From contig NC_043000.1 in assembly GCF_006345805.1 (NCBI RefSeq), positions 118,544,001-118,608,000 on the forward strand: a DNA stretch of 64,000 nt, written 5' to 3'. The DNA is from Octopus sinensis. Its lineage: Eukaryota. Positions 1 to 12,839 of this stretch are shown here, one piece after another; position 1 is the first letter of the stretch, and each line of letters begins with the position of its first letter. Position numbers and translations under genes: made by a program. The notes beneath the pieces were generated by a model. That model was not told the origin of the DNA. It ran no database searches and saw only the letters and a list, made by a program, of their open reading frames with translations.

Positions 1-148
1 CCGTAACTTAGCGGTTCGGCGAAAGAAACCGATAGAATAAGTACTAGGCTTACAAAGAACAATTCCTGGGGTCGATTTGCTCGACTAAAGGCGGTGCTCC
101 AGCATGGTCACATAACTGAAACAAGTAAAAGAGTAAAAGAGTAAAAGA
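1..148 (+). mobile_element. SINE family A (tRNA-derived, CORE-like), 3' half
   Basis: Matches the 3' half of full copies at 23890, 34000 and 59482 (CTTAGCGGTTCGGC...AAAGGCGGTGCTCCAGCATGG...GAAACAAGTAAAAGAG tail). Confidence 0.85.
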
Positions 149-371
149 GAGTGGTCCATTTTGTGCTTGATGTAGTTTGTTCTAACGCTTGTTCCTGTGC
201 TACACATATCAGGGTATCTCAGATTTTCAAATTACTTTTTTGTAACCACAGCCATCTCAGGAACAGATGCTTCATTTTCTTATGCTTTCGGTTGCTGTCT
301 ATATTTTGTATTTCGTCTTGTCTTAACTGTTTCTTGTATTTAGTATAGAGACATTCTTTACCTGTACATAA

Positions 372-424
<53 letters not shown>

Positions 425-980
425 GAGTGAGAGAGCAGTGCATGCCATCAAAGTGACACTGGGGTACAGATATACGAAGCCCAGTATACCCATCATGACT
501 ACCCGTCTGATAAGGGTACACCAGGCACATGCATCACAACCATATGTGTGCGACATGATGATCTCATAACAAGATAAACAGCGCATGACCTTGCGGGTGG
601 GACCCAGTTAGAATTTTCTTCTGGTTAGGTAACCCATCCCACTCAAAAGGTCCCTGATGAAGGGTTGTTTAAGGATGTTGAATGAAACACCCATGTTTCC
701 AGAGGTGAATCATTCAAACCCCCAAAGAATCCCTCTCAACACATGGCTATGATGCTCCCCCACTACTTCTACTCGTGATCAGAGATGCACATATCGTCAG
801 CCACTAAGGGACATGCTCAACTGGTTACGGTCAGACAACTGACAAGCAAATCTGTGGTATTGAGCAGAATATTTGCTGTAGCCCATCTTTTATACCAAGA
901 CAAAACAATGTACATGATAACACTTCCAGTCAGTTAAGATCAGAAGCCATGAGAGCCGCTGCCTGGTACTGCATCAGGGC

Positions 981-982
<2 letters not shown>
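425..982 (-). mobile_element. 558-bp non-coding interspersed element embedded in a (TAA)n microsatellite; possible R4/Dong-like non-autonomous retroelement
   Basis: Higher-GC block with sharp ends, flanked on both sides by pure (TTA)n (about 374-424 and 983-1047); no ORF; orientation and classification are inferred. Confidence 0.5.
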
Positions 983-1047
<65 letters not shown>

Positions 1048-1049
<2 letters not shown>

Positions 1050-1262
1050 GGCGGTGAGCTGGCAGGAACGTTAGCATGCCGGGCGAAATACTTATCCGTA
1101 TTTTGTCTACCGCTAAGTTCTGAGTTAAAATTCCGCCGAGGTCGACTTTACCTTTCATCCTTTCGGAGTCGATAGAATAAGTACCATTTGAACACTGGGC
1201 TCAATGTAATCAACTCATCCTCTCCTCCAAATTTGTTACCCTCGTGGCAAAATTTGAAACCA
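1048..1262 (+). mobile_element. SINE family B monomer (tail type 2)
   Basis: tRNA-like head AGGCGGTGAGCTGGCAGG with a degenerate B box (GAGTTAAAATTCC), body CCGAGGTCGACTTT..CCTTTCATCC. Confidence 0.8.
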
Positions 1263-1264
1263 TA

Positions 1265-1314
<50 letters not shown>

Positions 1315-1417
1315 CCTTCTTCAAATTTTCTTCCCTTTCTCGCCGTGTGTTTTCCGTACACCTAGGGCAGAGAAGCTCATTGTATGCATTCTCAGATTAC
1401 ACACGCTGCCTTCCCAG

Positions 1418-1454
<37 letters not shown>

Positions 1455-1464
1455 TATTATTATC

Positions 1465-1509
<45 letters not shown>

Positions 1510-2678
1510 TGCAGGAGCAAAAGCAGCAGCAGCAGCAGCTTGTGAATATTTTGTTATTATTACTATAATGAGTAAATCAAATTCGTTATTCTGTTTTTAT
1601 CCTTTTCTTACTGTTTCTACAGCTAAAAAGAAAAGAGAGAACCGTGCTGAAATAATTTTTTTTTTTACATGTTAGCACTACTGTAGATTAAAAGCGCAGT
1701 CAATAACATAATCATTTTAACTGCTGCTGTTAAATCCTTCAGGAAGAAATTTCAAGTACATGGTCTTCTATCTCAGTTATTAGAATAACTGCATCATATT
1801 TTGTATTGCGTACTTATACTGATTAATAATAATATATTCATACTTCAAGTCATATAGCATTCGATGTAAAATTAACTTATCCCTTTCCTTGTGCCAAAAT
1901 TTGAAGGCAATATTACTGGTGTAATTCTACATGCGCACTACAGGCCATCGATACTTCTTATCTGCCCTTCTTATTAAGGATATGATATTATTAATTCAAA
2001 ATCTCCTGAACCAATAGATTCAGTGTGTTATTACCCACTTTACCACTTTCTTTACCATGGGAGTCAATGCTGTCTCCCCACGCTATATTCTTAATATATC
2101 ATAGTCACCAGTAACTCTCAACGGTGAAACACAACAATTTTATATGGCGCAAATAGTATTAAATGGATTAGAGATGGTAACTGTAGAAAAGAAATTTAAA
2201 GAAAAATATTTAGCATGCTGAAAGTTGGGTTTTTTCTGTTATATTAGTTCAACAAGCATTGTTCATAGTCGAAAGTCAGGGTTTACACGAATCGGTTTAT
2301 TGAATTTAAGCATCCTAATCTAAACTTATGAACTTTATCTGCTTAACACTTTCAATAAGAAAATGGCTTATTTGATTGTCCAAATAGCTCTCCATTCAGA
2401 TAGGTAAAACTCATTTTCGCATTGAAGCTAGATAAAGAATATAACTGAAGATTCGGATAAATTTTTCCAATGATCGTTTCTAATTCATAGCAAGTAAATC
2501 ATTGAAAAGCACACTCCCAAACTCAGAAAAACATACTTACACAGCCCTCCCTCACACTCACACACACACATATATATATACATATATATGTACTAATGTA
2601 TATTATATATGTATGTGTATGTATATATATATATATATATATTAGAAGGTTTGGAGATGATGTACAGGTATTATATAC

Positions 2679-2713
<35 letters not shown>

Positions 2714-3380
2714 CATATATATAATATATATATATATATATATACATATATATACATATATATATAATATATATACATATATATATATATGTGTGTGTGT
2801 GGGTGTGTGCAATTATGTATGTCTTTGTGTGTGTGCGTGTGGTGTAGAGAAAACGTTAACAATAGGGGTTAACTGGGAGGAGGTTATAACTGCTACGACT
2901 ACGTCTGCCTCTGTGGTCTCCGGATATAAACTAGATTGGAAATCTGAAACAAGTCACGCAAGGTAGTAATTATTGTGACTAATAGTTATCGTTTAACTCA
3001 ATGCTCTTATAAAATATGACGGTCCGAGCTTATTTTATTGACTGGTTCGATGTTGATCTAATCTCAGAATGTGTTAGCAAGAGATGTTGTTTTGCTTATG
3101 AGGTCTAATAATGCCAAAACATAATCAGTTTTCTCCTCTACTGTCATACCTCAGACTCACTTATTTATTGAATGTTAAATCTTATTTATCTAAATTCCAA
3201 TGTTACCTCCCTTACGTTTTTTCATCTGCTCTTCTTATTAAGGATATAATTTTAATAATTCAAAATCTCCTGATCCAATAGATTCACTTTACCACTTTCT
3301 TTACCATGGGATTCAATGCTGTCTCCCCACACTATATTCTTAATATATCATGGAGTTACCAGTAACTCTCAACAATGACG

Positions 3381-3950
3381 TATTGGGTTGTCCGGAAAGT
3401 TCATGCCGATTTTTAAAGGAAAGAAAAAGGTCAATAAATACTTGCCATTACATTTTTACTCAACCAAATATGAACCATTTTGTTGCACAATGCGTCTCCA
3501 TCTTTCCTTTAACTTGAAAATACCCTCTTCCAAGAATTGAGATGCTTTCATGGCAAAGAATTCATCAAGGTATCTTTTTACGTCATCTAAGGAATTGAAA
3601 TGTTTATAATTAAGACTATTCTGCAGAGACCTGAATAAATGGAAATCCGAAGGAGCACTATCTGGTAAATATGGAGGGTGGGGTAACACATCCCAGCCGG
3701 GCTGCAGCAATTTTTGTCTGGTTCCCAAAGCATCAAGTGCCGAAAATGAATTTTCTTATCTTCTATTTTAAAGGGTTATAGAATAAACACAGGTTATAGG
3801 AACATAAGTCTTCTTCCACGAAAAGATAGCTTAAATTGTGCTCTAAATGGAGGTGTAGTCAAATCCTATTTTATGGACTCAACCATGTTCTAATATAAGT
3901 CGAAAGGTACGCTACTATAAATCGGCATGAACTTTCCGGACAACCCAATA
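3381..3950 (-). mobile_element. Mariner internal-deletion derivative (570 bp) retaining the transposase C-terminus
   Basis: TIRs TTGGGTTGTCCGGAAAGTTCATGCCGATTT with TA flanks; ORF 3456-3728 GWDVLPHPPYLPDSAPSDFHLFRSLQN matches the mariner HPPYSPDLAPSD motif. Confidence 0.93.
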
Positions 3951-4362
3951 TTTTCATGAAGCTCCACATTACTGTGGTGTAAACTACATTGTTCCAGTAA
4001 ATGTACAGAAAACGGATACTAGAATGGTACGCGTTACTGTCGTCTCCACCAGTGGAGCGACACCCTCTATAAAACAATTTTTGTGAAAAAGAAGCCATTA
4101 AGATTTATTATACAGGAAATTAATTTGTAGAAATAACCATAAAGGAAAATAGATCCATATATGGAGGTATAAAACTTTTTAATATGTGTATCATTGATGA
4201 CTCCTGCGGTCCTAAATGAAAGTAATATTCGCTCTGGACAGCGATAGTCACCAGTGATACCGGTGCTATAAACGGGGACAAGAACATATATATATGGTTA
4301 AAAATTATTTTTAAAAACCACATAATTTATAACAAAATTTGACCCATTGTACAAAAGAAAAA

Positions 4363-4939
4363 TATTAGGTTGTCCGGAAAGTTCATGCCGATTTATAGTA
4401 GCTTACCTTTCGACTTATTTTAGAACATGTTTGAGTTCATAAAATAGGATTTGACTACACCTCCATTTAGAGCACAGTTTAAGCTATCTTTTCGTGGAAG
4501 AAGGATTATGTTCCTATAAACTGTGTTAATTCTGTAACCCTTTAAAATGGAAGATAAGAAAGTTCATTGTCAGCACTGATGCTTTTCTTTTTCCGTAAAG
4601 GGGAAAATGCCTCACAAGCAACCAAAGAAATATGCGCAGTTTACGGTGATGTTTCTTTATCCGAAAAAACTATACGGAAGTGGTTCGCAAGGTTCCGAGC
4701 TGGAGATTGTAGCCTTATTGATAAAGAGCGATTAGGCAGACCATCCACTACAGATGATGACTAAATCAAGTCATTCATTGAGAATAACCCACATTGCACA
4801 ACCCGAGAATTGGCAGAAATCCTCAACCTATCAAAATCCGTCGTTCAGGAGCACATGGTAAAGCTTGGGTAACGGCAAGTATTTACTGACCTTTTTCTTT
4901 CCTTTAAAAATCGGCACGAACTTTCCTGACAACCCAATA
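4363..4939 (+). mobile_element. Mariner internal-deletion derivative (577 bp) retaining the N-terminal HTH
   Basis: Same TIRs; translation LMLFFFRKGENASQATKEICAVYGD...WFARFRAGD...GRP then TTRELAEILNLSKS, joined to the 3' end. Confidence 0.92.
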
Positions 4940-5249
4940 TATCACAAAAAGGGTTTGGTAGGTAAAGTGTTAATGTATGCACTATTAGATTTTGGAATTG
5001 TTTATTCTTCGCGTGAATATTTATAACTGACATGAATGGCATGGCAGGTAGCTGTGCTCGTTTAAAGCATTTCAGCTGAAAACCTGCACACTGCTTGCTG
5101 TCATTATGTCACAAATAAAGTAATAATTGATTATTTAGATAAATATTTGGAAGATTATTCCAGCTAAAAATTCCTTATAACATGTATGAGAGTGGTTGAG
5201 CTTATTCTTTCGTTACTATAGTGTTTGGATATCAAGATATTAAAACAAG

Positions 5250-5285
<36 letters not shown>

Positions 5286-5374
5286 TAATAATATAATAAT
5301 AATAATAATAATAATAAATCTTGAGAAGTACAAAGTACATGGAACAAATGGGGGCTGCAATAAGGTGAAATAAG

Positions 5375-5676
5375 GATGAAAGGCAAAGTCGACCTCGGCG
5401 GAATTTGAACTCAGAACGTAAAGACAGACGAAATACCTATTTCTATTTCTTTACTACCCACAAGGGGCTAAACACAGAGGGGACGAACAAGGACAGACAA
5501 ACGGATTAAGTCGATTATATCGACCCCAGTGCGTAACTGGTACTTAATTTATCGACCCCTAAAGGATGAAAGGCAAAGTCGACCTTGGCGGAATTTGAAC
5601 TCAGAACGTAGCGGCAGATGAAATACGGCTGCGCATTTCGCCCGGCGTGCTAACGTTTTTGCCAGATCGCCGGCTT
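5375..5676 (-). mobile_element. SINE family B multimer (head + 1 full unit + partial unit)
   Basis: One tRNA-like head at the right, repeated body, junction GAAATA/GGTATTTC near 5435. Confidence 0.85.
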
Positions 5677-5684
5677 AAAATATT

Positions 5685-5880
5685 TTTTACTCAAGGTACA
5701 AGGCCCGAAATTTTGGGGGAGAGGGCCAGTCGATTAGATCGATCGCAGTACACAACTGGTACTAAATTTATTGAGCCCGAAAAGATGAAAGGCAAAGTCA
5801 ACCTCGGCGAAATTTGAACTCAAAACGTGAAGACAGACGAAATACCGCGCGCCAACGTTTCTGCCAACTCACCGCCTTAT
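5685..5880 (-). mobile_element. SINE family B monomer, tail type 2
   Basis: Same head and body with the alternative tail (CAAAATTTCGGGCCTTGTACC). Confidence 0.8.
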
Positions 5881-8289
5881 CATCTCTAAAATATTGAACA
5901 TTATCTGTGCGTATAGTCGTAGATTCCCCACTAAATTATTCTTGACCCAACACATAGCACTGTATACATTTCTATTTCGATTTATTAAAACTTTCATTTT
6001 CACGACTATTCTAAAGCAGCTTATAAAAACTAGTAACACTTTCTTTCATCCAACGGTGGCAGTGTATAAACGGCTTTTTATGTCAATGTCTCAGTGTCCA
6101 GGTGGTTGATATACGACGAAATGTTGTTGACACTTTATAGTATATGATATTACCAAAATGGAGAATAAAAGTGAATATTACGAAAAGTGTATGTTATAAA
6201 TGGATATCTTGTCTCTTCCTCGATGTGATTGTTTCCGTTTATAAACACGCAATCACTAATAAACTCACATCGCTACGTTTATTTCATTTGATACGTTAAC
6301 ACTTTGTTTAATTCTTCACATATGGTTAATATGTTAAATTAAAGAATGATCTTTTGAGTATTTAACTCCAGAAAAGAATGGCGACTTTAGAGCACAATAG
6401 GCACTCATTTACCACGAAGAATATTATGATGCCTAGTGGACACGATAGCAACTGTACGTGATATCCTCTGTATAGTAACACAACGAAGTGTATTTAGCTA
6501 TTTTGTAAACGTTCCTAGCATGAAGAATACTATATTCCAAATGAAAGATCGTTTACAGTCAGAGGAAATGAAACTTTCATCCCAAATGACTTTATTTTCA
6601 AAGTTGACATAAATAGGTTTTAAGGTGTTATTTGCTTAGCTATTGATTAAACATGAACTTTCAAAACTTTACCACAACTGTCGAGAGAATAATACTGGTT
6701 TGGCAAACTTGATCTAATTTACATTTCGAGGATGGTAGATTAAATTCTAATACGTTTCTCACTAAGGAGTAATATTGGAATATTATAATCAATATAGTAC
6801 AAACCTAGGGGCAGTTTTCAAATATTTCTGCATTTATCAGTGAACAATTTCACGCATGATGGTAATTGAATGAAAGTTATTGTCATCTCTGGCTGATAAC
6901 CATCTGGTCAACGGCTCAAGGCTCCTTATCTACTACACCTGCAATATTCAAATTTCAAGTGTTTACCGATATCGTACTAATTTGCTACCAACATTTCCTG
7001 ATAAATCTAGGGTTGATATTTTTCTCAAAAATATAACTGTAAGTAAATAAATTTATATAACTATATATAGATATAACTATTTATAACTATTTATGAATAT
7101 ATTTCGATAATTGTGTGTGCAACTGTAAATAATATTACGATATGGAAATAAAAATATGACACGCTACAGCTTTGAATGACAAGAAAATTGGGATTCTTTG
7201 TGAATCCTAAACTTTCTGTTAAAAATATTTTCTTACTATTTATACATCATAAACCAATTTGAAACACTTGGTTGTATAATGTATTCAGCGCACTAATCTC
7301 CACAAATCGATTCTTGTTTCAAAATGATGTATTAGATGTCTTTGACGGCTTTTACAAAGGTAAGTATATCAAACCCTCTCGTAGATTTTCTTTTTTCTTT
7401 TTTTACCCAAAACCTTTAAATTACATTGGTCCTTCCAAGCGTGTAAGGACACTCTTAATGCATCATGTTTCATTTGTTTCATATCATAGACTTTTTATCC
7501 CGTTAAAAGAACTCGGTACCTACAGGAATGGTCGAACTCAGCTGTAAAATCAAACACCAGGTACCTGACAATTTCATCGTACATCAACTGCTAATAGGGG
7601 CGAATTATACTGCACTGTGGTTCGCTTTTAAGCCTATAAGAATTTTGTTACTGTGTATTAAATTTATTGGTCAATTACAATACAACCCTTATGATAGGAC
7701 ATTTAATCACCGAACATTTGGCTAGTTATCTTCTAAACGACTCAATCATTTACTGTTCGTCCTTTCTAAAAGTATGAACTTCTGTACATCGATAAAATAT
7801 TATATACTAGACCGGTATGTTCTGTGGAGCCGAGACTTCGAGATATAATCGACTCACCCCCAACTCCAAAATGACCGGGCTTGTGCCAAACTTTGTGATC
7901 AACATATTGCTGGGATGTTATATTCTCAAACCTGTTATAATTAAAGGCGATATCGACGCTGATGTGTCTCAACTCATAATGTATGAGAACAAGCTTAAAT
8001 CCTCACCTTCTTGTCCCTTTTTACAAGTTAAAAATTCTTCAATTTAAGAGAGAAAGCAGTAGGTGATGATGTTTCAAATATCAAATAACATAAACAGCGA
8101 AATGAAACTTCTTCCATCGGGAATTGCAAAATTTAAGACTTCTCTGCAGTCTTATATTATCCAACTGAAACTTTTTTTTCTCTTCCAGCGTCTATCGCTC
8201 TTCTAACTAAACGGTAACGAATCTCACTCAACAGCAACTACACAAAAGTTACATGCATATTGGTTTCAAAATCTGGTACAAGTTCGAAG

Positions 8290-9120
8290 GATTTCGCTTT
8301 CGATTATATCGCCCCACTGCTCAATTGGTATTTATTTTATCGACCCTGATATAGAAAAGATATAGAAAAGGCAAAGTCGACCTCGGTAGAATTTGAACTC
8401 AGAACATAAAATCGGAAGAAATAGCGCTAAGCATTTTTTTTCAGCACGGTAATAATTCTGCCAGCTCGCCGCCTTAAAAGTTACCTCCATATTAATTTCA
8501 AATTTTGGCACAAGGCCAGCAATTTCGGGGGGCAATTTAAGTCGATTACATCGACCCCACTGCTCAACTGGTACTTATTTTATCGACCCCGAAAGGATGA
8601 AAAGCAAAGTCAACCTTGGCGGAAATTTGAATTCAGAACGTAAAAACAACAGACGAAATATCTCTAAGCATTTCGCCCGGCGTGCTAATGTTTCTTATTT
8701 TTTACTGCCCACAAGGGGCTACACACAGAGGGGACAAACAAGGACAGACAAAAGGATTAAGTCGATTATATCGACCCCAGTGCACAACTGGTACTTATTT
8801 AATCGACGTCGAAAGAATGAAAGGCAAAGTCGACCTCGTCGGAATTTGAACTCCGAACATAGCGGCAGACGAAATATCGCCAAGCATTTCGCTCAGCGTG
8901 CTAACGTTTCTGCTAGCTCGCCACCTTAGAAAGGATTAAATAATTTTAGCACGCTGGGCAAAATGCTTAGCAACATTTAGTACGTCCTTACGATCAGAGT
9001 TCAAATTCCGCCGGGGTCGACTGTCTTTTCTCCTTTTGGGAGCAATGAAATAAGTACCAGTTATGCACTGACCAGTGATACCCTCCTCGCTCAAAATTTC
9101 AGGCCTTGTACCTATAGTAG
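8290..9120. mobile_element. Cluster of SINE family B copies (8290-8478 minus; 8490-8928 minus dimer; 8945-9120 plus)
   Basis: Repeated GGCAAAGTCGACCTCGG..AATTTGAACTC body, with heads at about 8470, 8925 and 8950. Confidence 0.8.
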
Positions 9121-9334
9121 AAATGTTTCAGTTAATCATTGCTGACGATTTTAGTCTTTTACTATATTATTATTCATCAAATTTATACATCTTTATTACT
9201 GCATCCAGTGGTAAGATTCCAGTTCGGGAGTTCAGGATTTATGGGGAGCGTGGAGCCACTCCCTAAATACATCTACTCCCAGGTCCATTCCGAGCGTGAA
9301 CCATAGGACGACGTTTCTATCAACTGAACGTTTC

Positions 9335-9904
9335 TATTGGGTTGTCCGGAAAGTTCGTGCCGATTTATAGTAGCTTACCTTTCGACTTATTTTAGAACAT
9401 GGTTGAGTCCATAAAATAGGATTTGACTACACCACCATTTAGAGCACAGTTTAAGCTATCTTTTCGTGGAAGAATATTTATGTTCCTATAACCTGTGTTA
9501 ATTCTATAACCCTTTAAAATGGAAGATAAGAAAGTTCATTTTCGGCACTTGATGCTTTGGGAACCAGACAAAAATTGCTGCAGTTCGGCTGGGATGTCTT
9601 ACCCAACCCTCCATATTCACCAGATATTGCTCCTTCGGATTTTCACTTATTCAGGTATCTGCAGAATAGTCTTAATGGTAAAATTTTCAATTCCTTGGAT
9701 GACGTAAAAAGATAGCTTGATGAATTCTTTGCCATGAAACCACCTCAATTCTTGGAAGAGGGTATTTTCAAGTTAAAGGAAAGATGGAGACGCATTGTGC
9801 AACAAAATGGTTCATATTTGGTTGATTAAAAATGTAATGGCAATTACTTATTGACCTTTTTCTTTCCTTTAAAAATCGGCATGAACTTTCCGGACAACCC
9901 AATA
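9335..9904 (+). mobile_element. Mariner deletion derivative (570 bp), same breakpoint as 3381-3950
   Basis: TIRs with TA flanks; MEDKKVHFRHLML fused at GATGCTT/TGGGAACC to the C-terminal HPPYSPDIAPSD region. Confidence 0.93.
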
Positions 9905-10227
9905 CTTCGTAAAACTCACGGGATTACATTATTTTGTTTTAGGGCAAATATTTGTGGGCTGACGACACTGCACTGCTACGCCTCTGAATGTTGATGATAA
10001 ATCTAAAGGAACAAAGGGAGAAGAAAAGAGAAAATGCTTTTCTGGTCCGTTTGTTTGTTTTTATTGGAGCTGTTTGTTTTTTTTTGGAGTGAGGAGGGTT
10101 AGTTTTTCTTATAAGTAACACGAATATGAGAAACACCACTGGAGTGACCTATCATGTTTCTTTGTAGAAAACAAACAATTCACTTTAGAAGAATCCCTAT
10201 CTTTATGTATTTGTTTATGCGTGTGCA

Positions 10228-10260
<33 letters not shown>

Positions 10261-10904
10261 GTAACTAAAGTTACACTATGGAAAATTACATAGATGTCAG
10301 GAAGACAAGGGTAGCTCGGGTACTGTGTTAATATAATTTTTTTTTTCCACATTTGAACCTTGAACTTATCACAGATTGGGTAACAAAAAACAGGATTGTA
10401 TTAACCGTTGTATGGAAACCCTTAGAATATTAGGAATTATTCATGCCATTCGTTACTTCAGTAAATTATATTCATTTGTTATAATTTTTATTCGGTTTGT
10501 AGTATCCATTTATTCATAATAGTCTATGAATGGATTCGGGCACAATTTGAGTTACTTTCTATTATCATTATAAACATTCTCAGAACTTTTATAAGAAACC
10601 ATTATTGCTATAGCTAAGATCATAGTGTTTTGCTACAGCGCAATATATACACGCATCACAAATCTGAAGTGTTAGATAGGCAAGTGTGCTGCACGCAATG
10701 GTTATTGTTATTACAAGATTTAAACAATCTGTAAAGTCAGGAACAGATTTATAACATCGTCCCTTACGGAGCGATGATGTTAACCAGCAGAAGCAAAAGC
10801 TGTTATGAGGAAGAGAACGGTTTGGTATAAAAGCAACAGAAGAGATTTTTACCGATACTAACAATGAAATACGGTAATCATTTTGCGATAGTAACATATA
10901 GGGA

Positions 10905-11075
10905 GAATTCACAAAAAAAACAAAAGACGAAGACAGGTGGTGTAGACAACAAACAGATGTATTAGTATAACGCTCGGGAAAAAGTGAAAAAGTGAAAAAG
11001 TCTTTAACGTTTCAAGCATATGCTCTTCCACAGAAAGATACAAGGAGCGAAAATAAAGAATGTGTAATGGCTAGC
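10905..11075 (-). mobile_element. PLE terminal-repeat (pLTR-like) fragment with a hammerhead-like motif at 11001-11038
   Basis: Homologous to 52740-52990, which follows a PLE body; motif TCTTT-CTGTGGA-A-GAGC..GCTT-GAAACGT-T-AAAGA. Confidence 0.65.
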
Positions 11076-11129
11076 GATCTATCATGTTCCCATGTACATA
11101 AACATGTTTTGTGAGTACACACTCACACA

Positions 11130-11225
<96 letters not shown>

Positions 11226-11243
11226 ATATATATATATATATAT

Positions 11244-11409
11244 ACGATGGGCTTCTTTCAGTTTCCGTCTACCAAGGCTTTCAATTTCCGTCTCACAAGG
11301 CTTTGGTCGGCCCGAAGCTATAGTAGAAGACACTTGCCTAAGGTGCAATGCAGTGGGACTGAACCCGGAACCATGTGGTTGGTAAGCAATCTACTTACCA
11401 TACAGCCAC
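11244..11409 (-). mobile_element. SINE family A, 5' half
   Basis: GTGGCTGTATGGTAAG head and CORE-like ACCTTAGGCAAGTGTCTTCTACTATAGC. Confidence 0.85.
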
Positions 11410-11419
11410 ATAAAATAGC

Positions 11420-12260
11420 AAAAAATAGCCTATAAATAGCAAAAAAAAACTTGAACCCTACGATAATAACACCAATAGGACAGACACGAAAGTGAAACAT
11501 AACTATGAATATAACCAAGATGCACACAACCATAACTTCATACGAATCACAAACAAGGAGGGAAGCTTCTATACTAGGATACAACAATACTTCTATACAA
11601 CACACAAAAAACAAAATAACGATAATATCTGGCTCGTAATTCCCTACACCATGCACCTCAAATCAAATATAGTTCGCTATAAACGTTAATAATAAATACA
11701 TAGAAGTATTTAGGAATAAAATCAGAATAGGCCACAGTCTGACTAATAACAACCACAATAATACCCTCAATAAATAATAAAAAAACTTGACAAATTCTAT
11801 GAGACTAGAAAGATTGTGAACAATAAAAGTAATAACCAACCAACTAATATGACTAAGCCCCCACCCCCACTAACGCGACGCATCCTGATAACTTAGGTAC
11901 AGACCTGAATAATAATTGCCCTTCCACCCAACACAACACGGACGTAGATACACCTGCCATTTCTCAAATAGATGCAAGACAAATAACGTAGCTTACCAAT
12001 GTGACGTCCGTACAAATAAGCAGACGAAATCATACATAGGCGCCACTAAGAACCAAATGATTCTCAGATGTAATGCACACCAATCGAGTTTCAGAAATAG
12101 GAATAAGGCTAACTCAACAGCGCTAAGTACATACATTTGGGAACTTAAGGATGAAAAAATAGATTTTAGCTTAAACTGGTGTATACTCACAAAAACAAAC
12201 TCCTACAACACTGCAAATAGACGCTGCGATCTCTGCCTATCAATATATATATATTGATAG
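11420..12260 (+). mobile_element. Decayed Penelope-like element, thumb linker and GIY-YIG endonuclease (possibly Naiad-type)
   Basis: ORF 11492-11689 NIWLVIPY..LKSNI resembles the IWFNPPY motif; ORF 11916-12257 CKTNNVAYQC..SYIGAT..HQSSF..TALSTYIWELK..W.IL..Y....RCDLCL is a GIY-YIG domain. Confidence 0.8.
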
Positions 12261-12318
12261 AAATGGTAAGACAACAAAAGATTGAAAGAGACCTCGATAT
12301 TATGTAAATAGAGGAATC

Positions 12319-12525
12319 TATCTGTAAATATAATATGTGACAATTATTCGGTAGCCATGATAAAACTCCGAGTTTCGGATGTCAGGGCGGAAACCCACGC
12401 CACCATCATTTTTTTCGATGGTCGGATTACTGAAGAGATGGCAAAGTGGGTTTCAGCCCCGACATCCGAGACTCGGAGTTTTATCATGGCTACCGAATAA
12501 TTGTCACATCTTATATTTACAGATA
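12319..12525. repeat. 207-bp foldback with 80-bp arms (about 95% identical)
   Basis: 12319-12398 is the reverse complement of 12446-12525 with about 4 mismatches. Confidence 0.92.
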
Positions 12526-12529
12526 TATA

Positions 12530-12576
<47 letters not shown>

Positions 12577-12599
12577 TGTATGTATGTATATATTTCTGT

Positions 12600-12793
12600 G
12601 TCTGTGTGTCTGTTTTGGTTTGGTATCTTCCCATCACCGCTTGACAGCTGATGCTTGTGTGCTTAAGTCTCCGTAACTTAGTGGTTCGGCCAAAAAGAGA
12701 CCGATGGAATAAGTACTAGGTTTCAAGAAATAAGTCCTGGGGTCGCTTTGTTTGATCAGCATGGCTTCAATCAAATGACAGAAACAGGTAAAA

Positions 12794-12797
<4 letters not shown>
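12600..12797 (+). mobile_element. SINE family A, 3' half
   Basis: CGTAACTTAGTGGTTCGGC...GAATAAGTACTAGG...TGACAGAAACAGGTAAAAGAATA. Confidence 0.8.

Positions 12798-12837
<40 letters not shown>

Positions 12838-12839
<2 letters not shown>

Noticed and set aside
7289-7365. Plus-strand exon candidate ending AAG/GTAAGT
   Set aside because: The acceptor is weak, the peptide is unrecognised, and the motif frequency is at chance level.
10639-10685. 41-nt exon candidate with a GC-AG type donor (AG/GCAAGT)
   Set aside because: Isolated and not supportable without transcripts.
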